From IMG/VR virus record IMGVR_UViG_3300031965_000073, positions 1 through 40,786 of that record: a stretch of 40,786 bases of DNA. The stretch is one strand, 5' to 3'. The position numbers and the translations under genes are program-made. The notes under the pieces are model-generated. The model searched no databases, was not told where the DNA came from, and saw only the letters and a program-made list of their open reading frames with translations. Source of the DNA: a virus. Positions 17,299-25,689 of the stretch are shown here, in pieces (positions within the stretch are counted from its first letter, which is position 1; every line of letters begins with the position of its first letter).

Positions 17299-17466
17299 TT
17301 ATTTTTTGGTTTCTCCGACTGCCTTTTCATCGACAACGGTGATGTTCGGTTCTTGCATAATGCGAGCCGCATCATCCTTGTTTGATGGCAATTCCTTCAC
17401 CTCACCGGCACTGATCGCCCACCCGATTTTCGGAAAAGATACTGATGTTTTACTGGTGACTTTCAT
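17299..17466 (-). CDS. Small hypothetical protein (55 aa)
   Basis: Translated by hand: MKVTSKTSVSFPKIGWAISAGEVKELPSNKDDAARIMQEPNITVVDEKAVGETKK. It fills the gap between neck and tail genes. Confidence 0.45.
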   Translation of the reverse strand: MKVTSKTSVSFPKIGWAISAGEVKELPSNKDDAARIMQEPNITVVDEKAVGETKK

Positions 17467-17475
17467 AGATATATT

Positions 17476-17979
17476 TTACCTTACCTGAATAAAGTTGGCT
17501 ACGAACTCAATGCGTGCTTCTACCGTCCAAAGCTCCGGTGTACGGTCACGTAGATTCTCCCCGTAGTCCACGCGGGTAAGAGAACCGAGGTCAGTGCGTA
17601 GGTTCGTGGCACTGTCTACGTGCTCATTTGCCCTTAGAATGTCCAGTATTGAACTCGCTTTAAGCGTGTAGTCTGCCTCACGGCCCTCACAGATGTCATA
17701 GAGTCGAGCGATACCTTCAACGATTTTGGCATCGTTTTCAGATGTGGATAAGTCGGCCCGAATGTCGGTTATGACCGTGATTCGAATACCAAGAGCATAC
17801 TCATCTTCCGCATTAGAAAACTTCCCCACGCGCGTGTCAAACTTTGAAATAAGCACCGCGGGCAACACAGAACTCCCTACTCGAATCGGGTCGCCCTGAT
17901 AGTACGCTTTAATATCAGGATTGTTGGCCTTAATGAGTTCGATGTATTTATTTAAAATAGGGTCTGCGTAGTTGCTCAT
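17476..17979 (-). CDS. Neck / tail-terminator candidate (167 aa)
   Basis: Assigned only from its position between the virion-morphogenesis-like gene and the major tail gene. Confidence 0.4.
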   Translation of the reverse strand: MSNYADPILNKYIELIKANNPDIKAYYQGDPIRVGSSVLPAVLISKFDTRVGKFSNAEDEYALGIRITVITDIRADLSTSENDAKIVEGIARLYDICEGREADYTLKASSILDILRANEHVDSATNLRTDLGSLTRVDYGENLRDRTPELWTVEARIEFVANFIQVR

Positions 17980-17980
17980 A

Positions 17981-18442
17981 TTACTTTTTCATTTTAGCGC
18001 GAAAGTATTCTTGAAACTGTTTTATAATCATTTCCCTCTGATTGTTTCCTAGCCTCATCATAACACGTCGCGGAATCTTCCGGCGTGGTTTATTGCTCTG
18101 GTGATACTTGAAATACTCTGCCGTGTTCGTCACTACTGCCTGATCGCTCGACACAATGTATTTGAAACTTCTTTGCATTGCACCGGTAGCCACAAGCGGG
18201 TCAGGCGGGTAGCCTTGCCGCGCCTTCGTCGCAAGTGTGTATGGTGAAAGCGGCTTCCATGTGGTGTTGATTATCGAACCCCGCGTACTGAATACATCAC
18301 CTTCAAAGATTGAGGTGAGTTCTTTTGCCGCACTCTCTAGCGGCTTTTTTAGTTCGCCTTGCTCAAGTTGTATACCACGCAAAACGCGAGAAAGTTGTTT
18401 CTCGCCTTCAATGCTCCATGCAATTTTTAAGCCTGATGCCAT
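17981..18442 (-). CDS. Virion morphogenesis / tail completion protein (Mu gpG / Phage_tail_S-like)
   Basis: TWKPLSPYTLATKARQGYPPDPLVATGAMQRSF...TAEYFKYHQSNKPRRKIPRR matches the W.PL...T...K...L..TG.L..S...YA..HQ.G pattern of this family. Confidence 0.55.
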   Translation of the reverse strand: MASGLKIAWSIEGEKQLSRVLRGIQLEQGELKKPLESAAKELTSIFEGDVFSTRGSIINTTWKPLSPYTLATKARQGYPPDPLVATGAMQRSFKYIVSSDQAVVTNTAEYFKYHQSNKPRRKIPRRVMMRLGNNQREMIIKQFQEYFRAKMKK

Positions 18443-18447
18443 ACATA

Positions 18448-19359
18448 CTAAAACTTTTCATCAATAGTGAAGATTCTTTTTTCTGCTGTTTCTGCCTGTG
18501 CCTCTGTGGGATAACCTTCGAGCCGGTCAGTGTTTTCGAGGCGTGGAAGTTCTGCACTATCCGCACCGATAAGAATCTGTCGGCCATCCTTAATAGATTT
18601 CAAAAGGCCGCGTGCCTCACCGAGCCACTTCACACCTTCGCCATCACCTCCGAACTCCTCAAAGTCGATATACCCTGCAGCAAGAAGCTCACAGATTTGA
18701 CCGAGCAATGCCGGCACTTCCGTAAGTGGCAACACATATCGTGAAGCAAGAATCGAATTGATCTCATTCTCTGCCTGCTTTCGCTTTACCTCAATTCTCC
18801 CATCGGAATAAAGTGGATTACCGGCAAGCCCTGCATGCTTTCGGATTGCATAGATGGTCGTGTACCGCAACGACTCATCACCATTCGCCGCGGCTGAATC
18901 TGCAATATCAGTTTCCGTGGTGTCGTTCGAGTTGTAGTATGTCGCTTTGAAATAGCTGTATACGGAATCAGAGTACTCGAGCAGAGTGCCTTGCGGGTCG
19001 TCTACCTGAATATCTACCGGTGAACCATCACTTGTGAGCTCAGTATACGAGCCGGTTTCTGTGGTCGCACCATAAAACTTTCGCTTATTGAAACGGTACT
19101 TTACCCACGGCTCGCCTTTGAGGTGATTAAACTTCACTGTGGCAAATCGTACGGAAGTACTACCCGTCACCACATCGTTGATCTCACAGAGTTCTGCAAG
19201 CTCATTCCCTTCATGGCCCAAGACCACAAACTCATTATCGGCAAGGCCGTTATTGTTTCCGAGATTGACCGTGACGTTAGAACCCGCCGTCACTGCCGCC
19301 GCGAGAACACCACGCTCGACCTTTACAAAATCCTCTGTAGGTGCATAGAGACTTTTCAT
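18448..19359 (-). CDS. Head-tail adaptor (DUF1320 / Mu gp36-like C-terminal half) with a ~170-aa N-terminal extension
   Basis: The C-terminal AENEINSILASRYVLPLTEVPALLGQICELLAAGYI...LLKSIKDGRQIL matches the DUF1320 pattern A..eI.s.L..RY.lPL...p..L... Confidence 0.55.
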   Translation of the reverse strand: MKSLYAPTEDFVKVERGVLAAAVTAGSNVTVNLGNNNGLADNEFVVLGHEGNELAELCEINDVVTGSTSVRFATVKFNHLKGEPWVKYRFNKRKFYGATTETGSYTELTSDGSPVDIQVDDPQGTLLEYSDSVYSYFKATYYNSNDTTETDIADSAAANGDESLRYTTIYAIRKHAGLAGNPLYSDGRIEVKRKQAENEINSILASRYVLPLTEVPALLGQICELLAAGYIDFEEFGGDGEGVKWLGEARGLLKSIKDGRQILIGADSAELPRLENTDRLEGYPTEAQAETAEKRIFTIDEKF

Positions 19360-19363
19360 ACGA

Positions 19364-22273
19364 TTATTCTAGCATTGTTTTATCCTTCTGTTCACTCTCC
19401 AACTGGTGACTTTCCTTGCGGGTGAATAGGGTTACTTTCTCGATTATCGAAGTGAGGAATATCGCTGTTTTTCCCACTATAACGCTCCCCTGCTGATGAA
19501 TGTACGCAAAGACGTCTTCGAGGCTAATCGACTCTGTGAGGGTGCGCCCTGCTTGTTTTAGGACGGTATCTACCAAAGTCACAACCTCGTCAAACGTGCG
19601 CGTGAAGCTCCTCGTGATGGTATCTACGGGTGTGACCACATCAGTGAGCACCTTGCCTATCGAGCGCAGTATGGAATCAACTACCGTCACTGTCTCTGTG
19701 AGCGTTCGGGAACCCTGCTTCAATACCGTGTCTACGAGGGTCACAGTTTCCGTGAGCATCTTCATGCCTTGCTTTAGTAGCGTATCAACAAGGGCCACAG
19801 CCTCACTCAAAGTTCGGCTCGTACTCTTGAGAACCGTATCTACCAAAGTAACTACATCAGTGAAGGTACGGCTCACCTGCCGAATAATAGTATCGACGAT
19901 TGTGATTGTTTCCTCAAATACAGCAATCGCCACTTTTGCTCCTGTAAAAGTATCGACCATCGTGACCACATCTGAAAGGGTGCGTGCGCATTGTTTTAAA
20001 ACACTATCGACTGCCGTGACTGTTTCAGTGAGCATACGCGATGGTTCACGAATAATTGAATCAACAAGTGTGACCACATCTGTCAAAGTTTTTGAACCTT
20101 GCTTTAGTAGCGTATCTACGATGGTCACGATGTCTGTGAGAGTGCGCGAGCATTGCTTCAAAACGGTATCAACAATAGTAATAGCATCAGCAAAAGTGCG
20201 CGCCGTTTGCTTTTCCACATTATCAACAATCGTAGCGACATCAGTAAGTACGCGCGAAGACCCTTTGAGAATGGTATCGACTATAGTCACGACTTCTGCA
20301 TACTCTTCTTCGTAATCTGTACCGCCACCGCCTGTTGAGGTATACGTGACATACACAGAGTACTTGCGGTCTTCATCTGTACCGTCACTCGGATTTGTTG
20401 GAGTAGCGAAACTGTTTGTTGTGTCATTAAGCCCCTGACCTGTAGTACCAGAATCATAATAGAGCGTCCACGATATGTCGCTACTTACAACCATTATATA
20501 AAACTCGTTGCCGTTAGTGATTTGTGGTGAAGATGAATAGGTACACGTTAATGTTTGATTACCGTTACTTCCAGTTCCAGATTGAGGACTTGTACCATTC
20601 GTGACGATATTTTTTGAACTGTTTGATACGACTATTTTTATTCTTGCCTTCGTACCAACAAGGGTTAAGATTGCACTACCTGAGGTAATATCACCATTTT
20701 CGCTTGCAGTGAACTTTGAGCCAAGTAACCGGTTTGAACCTATTGAGGTCTGACTCGAGCCACCTTGCGAAGTAAATCCAAGAGTGGGGTCAATCACGAC
20801 AGGGTACTGAGCTTCATCGAGAAAATCTTGCGGCACTACCACTTGCAAAATGCCGTTCTCTATATCGAGATTCAGTTCACCCCACACTTCCCGATTGTCG
20901 GCGTCCTTAATCTTTGGTCTGTATATGTGAAGAAACTTGCCATTTTTATAGTCCTTCGCATGCTCCTTCGATGATGCGCCTGATTTTTCTTCATGATACA
21001 CCGCATAGCTCCCTACTACATTTTCAGGCCGAAAACAACCGTCGTCTATCTCTTTTTGCGTGAGTTCAGGCTGATAGTAAAAAACCAATCCTTTAGTTTC
21101 AATACTAAAATCAACGATATTCGAAGTCGGTTTTTTATTGAAGATAACTTCTATTTCAAGACCCCCCTTAGAACTTTCTGCGGGTTCGAGCAATTCAGAA
21201 TCCTCAATATCATTGCGTACAGCGTCTAGAGTCCATTCACGAGAAACATGCACAGTCTCTACCCCATCGAGTATGGTTTCTTCTTCTTTTGTGAAAGCTC
21301 CTGCACTGAAAGTCAAACCTATATTTTGAGCAATCCTTTCTGCAAGTGATTCCTCGAACTGAGACACATCTATATCCTGCAACTCACGCAAACCACCAAA
21401 GTAATCCAAACGCTCCGGTGAAACATTGTATATGCTGTAATGCTCGAGTGGCGTTTTCTCGACATTCACAAACCAAGCAGAACTGCTACTGCCATTAAAA
21501 GAGTTTAAATAACTGATTCCAAAGAACTTTTTCTTTTTCCCATCAACCAAAATAAACAAGTCGGTAGTAGATTCATCTTTCAATACTTCGATACCATACT
21601 GTGCACATGTTTCTACTACGGCGTTCGCAACAGCGCTTTCGTAACGTTCTTGCCCGCCACGCGGGTATATCAACGACTGTAGAATGACTCCTTTGCCGAC
21701 AGTAAGCCCTCCAATGAGGTCAAAATCATTTTTGAAAAGACGTATTACATTATAGTTTTCAATCTCTGCTGTAATGGCAAAATTGCTCACAGCACTTTTA
21801 CCGGCAAACAAAGCAATCGCGTCTTTATAATCCTGTGAAAACAATAGCACTTCTTCTGGTTTTACGAATCGATGCATTTCAGAAAACGCAGCAATGCGAG
21901 TATGCGCCATTCTATCCTTTACAAATCGAAGCACAGTAGGGCTAACTGTTTCCTCATTCTTCACTTCACCTAGTTCGTATATGTGAGTCTCAACATCATC
22001 GGTCTTGTACTTTATAACCTCTCCTTCAATTTCAACAGTTGCACCGTCATACTCTGCTGAACGAATCGAAAAATTGACCTCATTATCCCACTTCATTATC
22101 TTCGCCTGAGGTTTGAAGTCGGTTTGTTTGCTGTCTCCAATTTCAAGCTGTAATCGTTCTTTCGGGTCTTCCACAACATCTCGTATGAGTGTTTCACCTT
22201 CCACAGTGAACTTGCCACCGATCTCTGTCGGGATTATCTCTGGTAACTTAGTTTTGATTTTAGTATCAGGCAT
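19364..22273 (-). CDS. Large virion-associated protein (969 aa) with a C-terminal array of 14 tandem 18-aa repeats
   Basis: The track ORF starts on GTG at 22306. The first ATG is at 22273 (MPDTKIKTKL...). The repeats have the consensus D-V-V-T-I-V-D-T-V-L-K-Q-G-S-R-T-L-T. A beta-rich Ser/Thr/Asn central region lies upstream of them. Confidence 0.8.
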   Translation of the reverse strand: MPDTKIKTKLPEIIPTEIGGKFTVEGETLIRDVVEDPKERLQLEIGDSKQTDFKPQAKIMKWDNEVNFSIRSAEYDGATVEIEGEVIKYKTDDVETHIYELGEVKNEETVSPTVLRFVKDRMAHTRIAAFSEMHRFVKPEEVLLFSQDYKDAIALFAGKSAVSNFAITAEIENYNVIRLFKNDFDLIGGLTVGKGVILQSLIYPRGGQERYESAVANAVVETCAQYGIEVLKDESTTDLFILVDGKKKKFFGISYLNSFNGSSSSAWFVNVEKTPLEHYSIYNVSPERLDYFGGLRELQDIDVSQFEESLAERIAQNIGLTFSAGAFTKEEETILDGVETVHVSREWTLDAVRNDIEDSELLEPAESSKGGLEIEVIFNKKPTSNIVDFSIETKGLVFYYQPELTQKEIDDGCFRPENVVGSYAVYHEEKSGASSKEHAKDYKNGKFLHIYRPKIKDADNREVWGELNLDIENGILQVVVPQDFLDEAQYPVVIDPTLGFTSQGGSSQTSIGSNRLLGSKFTASENGDITSGSAILTLVGTKARIKIVVSNSSKNIVTNGTSPQSGTGSNGNQTLTCTYSSSPQITNGNEFYIMVVSSDISWTLYYDSGTTGQGLNDTTNSFATPTNPSDGTDEDRKYSVYVTYTSTGGGGTDYEEEYAEVVTIVDTILKGSSRVLTDVATIVDNVEKQTARTFADAITIVDTVLKQCSRTLTDIVTIVDTLLKQGSKTLTDVVTLVDSIIREPSRMLTETVTAVDSVLKQCARTLSDVVTMVDTFTGAKVAIAVFEETITIVDTIIRQVSRTFTDVVTLVDTVLKSTSRTLSEAVALVDTLLKQGMKMLTETVTLVDTVLKQGSRTLTETVTVVDSILRSIGKVLTDVVTPVDTITRSFTRTFDEVVTLVDTVLKQAGRTLTESISLEDVFAYIHQQGSVIVGKTAIFLTSIIEKVTLFTRKESHQLESEQKDKTMLE
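19535..20296 (-). repeat. In-frame tandem repeat array, 14 units of 54 nt (one unit is 60 nt)
   Basis: Units read EVVTIVDTILKGSSRVLT / DVATIVDNVEKQTARTFA / DAITIVDTVLKQCSRTLT / DIVTIVDTLLKQGSKTLT ... EVVTLVDTVLKQAGRTLT. The antisense track ORF 19500..20315 is itself periodic. Confidence 0.85.
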
Positions 22274-22276
22274 TTT

Positions 22277-22306
22277 AAAAAAAGAGTGGGCACATTTTAT
22301 GCCCAC
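22277..22306 (-). terminator. Intrinsic terminator/attenuator hairpin immediately upstream of the 969-aa gene start
   Basis: The minus strand reads GTGGGCA-TAAAATG-TGCCCAC-TC-TTTTTTT-AAA-ATG. The loop contains the TAA stop of the upstream gene. Confidence 0.55.
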
Positions 22307-22752
22307 CCTCCGTAGTTGTACATGACGTGAGCAACGAGTTCATGCACAAGGTTCTTCTGTGGCACGCACTTCTTCGTCTTCACGATGCGGTACTCACTTT
22401 CGTTTTCCCTGTAACCCGCTTCTGGATTTTCCAGCCGCGGCAGTTCCGCAAACGTAATTGCAACGATGCGAAGTGAGCAAGCCCACAGTGGTTCGTCGTC
22501 GTTCGACTCTATGGCGAGACCATCTTTCACTAGAGCTTCGCGAACCCGCACAAGCATCCCGAATACTCTGTCGATGTATTCGTGCCGGTCAATACGGCCC
22601 CGCCAGTACGCTGATTCCGTAGGCCGGAACTCTCGATATATGCGGTCTTCGATAACGCGGATACGCTCTTCAATCTGGTCTTTGGCAAGACCTGTCGAGC
22701 CTTTCATTTCGTTCTCCTTTCTCAGTGTTGCGCTAACATTTTCCATATCCAT
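22297..22752 (-). CDS. Hypothetical protein (151 aa)
   Basis: ORF with an ATG start, following a double hairpin. No family recognised. Confidence 0.6.
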   Translation of the reverse strand: MDMENVSATLRKENEMKGSTGLAKDQIEERIRVIEDRIYREFRPTESAYWRGRIDRHEYIDRVFGMLVRVREALVKDGLAIESNDDEPLWACSLRIVAITFAELPRLENPEAGYRENESEYRIVKTKKCVPQKNLVHELVAHVMYNYGGWA

Positions 22753-22788
22753 TGTAGCATAACGATATTTGCAATTCTTTTATAATAC

Positions 22789-22844
22789 AAACAAGAGTAC
22801 TGTTTGTAGCAGTACTCTTGTTTTAAAGAGTAGCGCTACTCTTT
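22789..22844 (-). terminator. Two adjacent perfect hairpins (probably a terminator) after gene 22843..23484
   Basis: AACAAGAGTACTG-TTTGTAG-CAGTACTCTTGTT spans 22789-22823. The palindrome AAAGAGTAGC/GCTACTCTTT spans 22825-22844 and overlaps the stop codon. Confidence 0.55.
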
Positions 22845-23484
22845 AATCTACGTCGATTTTCCAAGTGATTTGAAGCGAGTCGCCGTTTACCACGTTGATA
22901 GCCGAGAAAGTCTGTCGGCAAAGCAGTGTACCTGTAGACGCCGCATTGAGCACTCCTGATTCAGTGACGGCTACTGTACCGGTGACTGTGAAGGTCACCA
23001 CCAACTGTGCAGTATCGTTTGTCGTATCAGTAGTCACGAGTGATGCTGATGCCGCCGCACGATCTAGCCCTGAACCTGATGTCTCTGTTTGCAGAGTAGT
23101 ATCAGCGGCATTGAAAGCCGTTGTACCAGTACCCACAGCGATGTAGGTAGCTGCTGCCGGTGCTCCTGATGCGTTTATGCGCCCCGCAACAAGTGCCTTA
23201 CCAACTGTGGTGACACCGTTACTGACTTGCATTTCACTCATCCAAGAACCCGTGAGGAATGGAATCCGAAGACCGTAGAGTGCGAGACTAGCCCGCAATT
23301 CGTTCTTCACACTACCGTCTGCATGGTATGGCGTATAGCCCTCGCGAGCAGCCTCCATGATGGCACGACCAACTTTGTTGAGAGCGAACATCTTCTTGAA
23401 GTTGCCCTGTGCATCTTTAAGACGATAGGTGACATTCTCTTTCAAAGTCATTCGGCCACGTCCTCCTAGAAAGTTTTTAGTCAT
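22843..23484 (-). CDS. Structural protein candidate (213 aa), paralogous to 11962..12537
   Basis: Shared GTGTTA..AADT.L.TE block and a C-terminal beta-rich region. It is followed by strong hairpins, which would be consistent with a highly expressed gene. Confidence 0.6.
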   Translation of the reverse strand: MTKNFLGGRGRMTLKENVTYRLKDAQGNFKKMFALNKVGRAIMEAAREGYTPYHADGSVKNELRASLALYGLRIPFLTGSWMSEMQVSNGVTTVGKALVAGRINASGAPAAATYIAVGTGTTAFNAADTTLQTETSGSGLDRAAASASLVTTDTTNDTAQLVVTFTVTGTVAVTESGVLNAASTGTLLCRQTFSAINVVNGDSLQITWKIDVD

Positions 23485-23498
23485 ATGTTAATTGTATA

Positions 23499-23915
23499 TT
23501 ATCCTTTTTTATCTTCGACCTTAGTTTCCACACCTATTTCTTTGCCGACGAGTTCGGCCTGTAGATCGTACACGTTTTCATTCACCGCATTTTCTTCCGC
23601 ATTCGCCTCCTTCTGTTCTTGCTCCAAGACATATCCCGCGAGAATCGCTTCAACTTTCGCTGTTAGTTCTTCCTTTGAGATAGTCGGGTCAAACGCATGC
23701 TTTTGAGTTGATACTACCACCGGTAGCGTCACCTCATCGCCCACTTTCACTTCCTCAGAAAGTCCCTCATTTCTGTCGAGATCTTCTTGAGTGATGGTGT
23801 GTGGCTGTTCTTCAAATATGTGAACCTCAACATCGAGGAAGTCAGCACCAGTTGCCTGATGTCGTACTTTCTGAATGTCTGCTATTTTTATTTTCGACAT
23901 ACTTTTATTTTGCAT
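23499..23915 (-). CDS. Hypothetical acidic protein (138 aa, or 133 aa from the ATG at 23900)
   Basis: ORF with an ATG start. The alternative ATG at 23900 avoids an 11-nt overlap with the upstream gene. Confidence 0.55.
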   Translation of the reverse strand: MQNKSMSKIKIADIQKVRHQATGADFLDVEVHIFEEQPHTITQEDLDRNEGLSEEVKVGDEVTLPVVVSTQKHAFDPTISKEELTAKVEAILAGYVLEQEQKEANAEENAVNENVYDLQAELVGKEIGVETKVEDKKG

Positions 23916-24579
23916 GAATCTTCAATGAGAAGGTGCATGAGTTATTTACGGTACTTGAGTTTGCTGTCGTTGCACGATAGCGAACTCTGTCACCGAAACC
24001 AATCTGCAATGCGGCTGATGCGGCCTGATTTGCAGTCGCATCTACTGAGTTAGCCGCGGCAATAGGTGCGGCCCTGAATGACATGATGAAGCGCTTCGCA
24101 CCACCGTTTCCGGCGATTTGTGTGAAGTGACCAATGTTCACCCATGTGATACCACCATCGAAGGAAGTATCAAGATAAGCATCCATTGTGTCGGCGGCAT
24201 CTGTCGCTGCTGCTGTGACATCGAGAATCGCAACCAGTTCGCTATAGCTCTTTTGGAACTTGTAGCCGTGGTTAGTGTATATCTCGTATTCCTCCTCATC
24301 AGCCATTATGTCTGCAGAGATAGAGAGTGCAGTAGCACTATCAATCGCTGTAATCAGAGCATATGTGCCGTCTGTGGTGTTTTTGAGAATATCACCTACC
24401 GCAATGAGTCCATTCGCACCCGCTGTGGTAAACGCTCCCGCGCTATCAGTGAGTTTGTTTGAAGTCGTAGCAGTAGCCACTCCCGCCTTACGCAAATCCT
24501 CATACGAGGTTCCGTATTCAGTGGTGATTGCAGTGAGAGCAGATGATGCTCGCAATTCAACTATTTTTTCTGATGGCAT
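23905..24579 (-). CDS. Hypothetical head-proximal protein (224 aa)
   Basis: ATG start with an Ala/Thr-rich, beta-like composition. No family recognised. Confidence 0.6.
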   Translation of the reverse strand: MPSEKIVELRASSALTAITTEYGTSYEDLRKAGVATATTSNKLTDSAGAFTTAGANGLIAVGDILKNTTDGTYALITAIDSATALSISADIMADEEEYEIYTNHGYKFQKSYSELVAILDVTAAATDAADTMDAYLDTSFDGGITWVNIGHFTQIAGNGGAKRFIMSFRAAPIAAANSVDATANQAASAALQIGFGDRVRYRATTANSSTVNNSCTFSLKIHAK

Positions 24580-24619
24580 AAGAGTTTGGTTTGTTGCTGA
24601 TAAACTATTCGACCTTTGT

Positions 24620-25069
24620 TTAGAGTCCTACTGACGGGTCATTCACGGGTGCAGTAGATGAAGTATCAGTTACCACCGGTGCTGATGTCTCTGTACCAGT
24701 AGGCACAACGGCATCGCCTGTAGTTGCTTCCTCATCCTTCTTACCTCCGAAGATGCGGCCAAGTATGCTGCCTTCTTTCTTTTCTCCTCCGGTAAGCTCT
24801 GTCCCTTCACTACCCGCTTTAGTTTCATTTCCATCGAGTGACGGTTCACCGGTTTCCACGGGTGCTGTACCACCACCATCGAGTGATGCTTTCACATCCT
24901 CTGGTGCCGGTGCCACTTCCGTAGCCACCTCATTTACCACCGGTGATTCCGAAACCACTCCTGAATTGAGCAGCCGTGAAGCTGTGTTCTCATCAAGATT
25001 TATTTCCTCACCACGTTCGTATTGACGACCATCGTGGTTCACTCGCTCCTTTACAAAGTATGTACTCAT
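24620..25069 (-). CDS. Hypothetical protein with a low-complexity acidic Thr/Pro/Gly-rich tail (149 aa)
   Basis: ATG start. A compact N-terminal segment (HDGRQYERGEEINLDENTASRLLNSGVV) is followed by low-complexity sequence. Confidence 0.55.
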   Translation of the reverse strand: MSTYFVKERVNHDGRQYERGEEINLDENTASRLLNSGVVSESPVVNEVATEVAPAPEDVKASLDGGGTAPVETGEPSLDGNETKAGSEGTELTGGEKKEGSILGRIFGGKKDEEATTGDAVVPTGTETSAPVVTDTSSTAPVNDPSVGL

Positions 25070-25098
25070 GACTTTATTTGTTATCGCTCTGTTAATGT

Positions 25099-25626
25099 TT
25101 ATTCTCCGACAACGTACTCGACGTAGACGTTGAACTTTCCTGCAGTTACCGCCTGACCACCGATTACGAGTGAAACTTCACGAACCGCTGTCATTTTGAG
25201 CTTGTTCGCCGCCGCTGCTGCCGTTGCAACAAGTGCTGTTTCTGCATCTCCTGAAATGGCAATAACGCCAATCTTAGAACCTCGAATACCGGCATCCCAC
25301 ACGTTCGATGCATCTGACACCGCGATAGCGGCAACAACATCGTTCGCCGCCTGAATCTGCAGTGCGAGCGTACCCGCGTCTGCTGATGCAGTTGTGACGG
25401 TAGTAATGACGTCAATCCAAACATTTGTAACTATCGCATTGTCTGGAATGAACACACCAAGTCCGATAGTACCGACTGCGCCACCATGTACGGCAAAGCT
25501 GTACGGTGCAACTGCAATTTCCCGAACCACTGTACCTTTTCGCAAAGTTCTTGTGACACCAGTTTTGTTTGCAACATGGAACTCAGGCGCAACAATCGGT
25601 ATTTCTTTTCTATATACTTCTCCCAT
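25099..25626 (-). CDS. Hypothetical head-associated protein (175 aa)
   Basis: ATG start, directly downstream of the major capsid gene, with a beta-rich composition. Confidence 0.6.
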   Translation of the reverse strand: MGEVYRKEIPIVAPEFHVANKTGVTRTLRKGTVVREIAVAPYSFAVHGGAVGTIGLGVFIPDNAIVTNVWIDVITTVTTASADAGTLALQIQAANDVVAAIAVSDASNVWDAGIRGSKIGVIAISGDAETALVATAAAAANKLKMTAVREVSLVIGGQAVTAGKFNVYVEYVVGE

Positions 25627-25689
25627 AAAGAGTTTGAAGTTATGCGTAATGCCCTTGCTTTCGCAAGGGCCATTCCGCGCTTATAAATG

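Noticed and set aside
19535-20296. Possible CRISPR array, because of the regular 54-nt periodicity
   Set aside because: The units are contiguous with no spacers, they are degenerate mainly at wobble positions, and they are in frame within a long ORF. This is a protein repeat.
19500-20315. 271-aa plus-strand ORF (with a periodic VSTKVTTS... sequence) opposite the large repeat gene
   Set aside because: It is the antisense shadow of the 54-nt tandem repeats. It stays open only because the repeat unit lacks reverse-frame stops. The sense ORF is far longer and sits in operon context.
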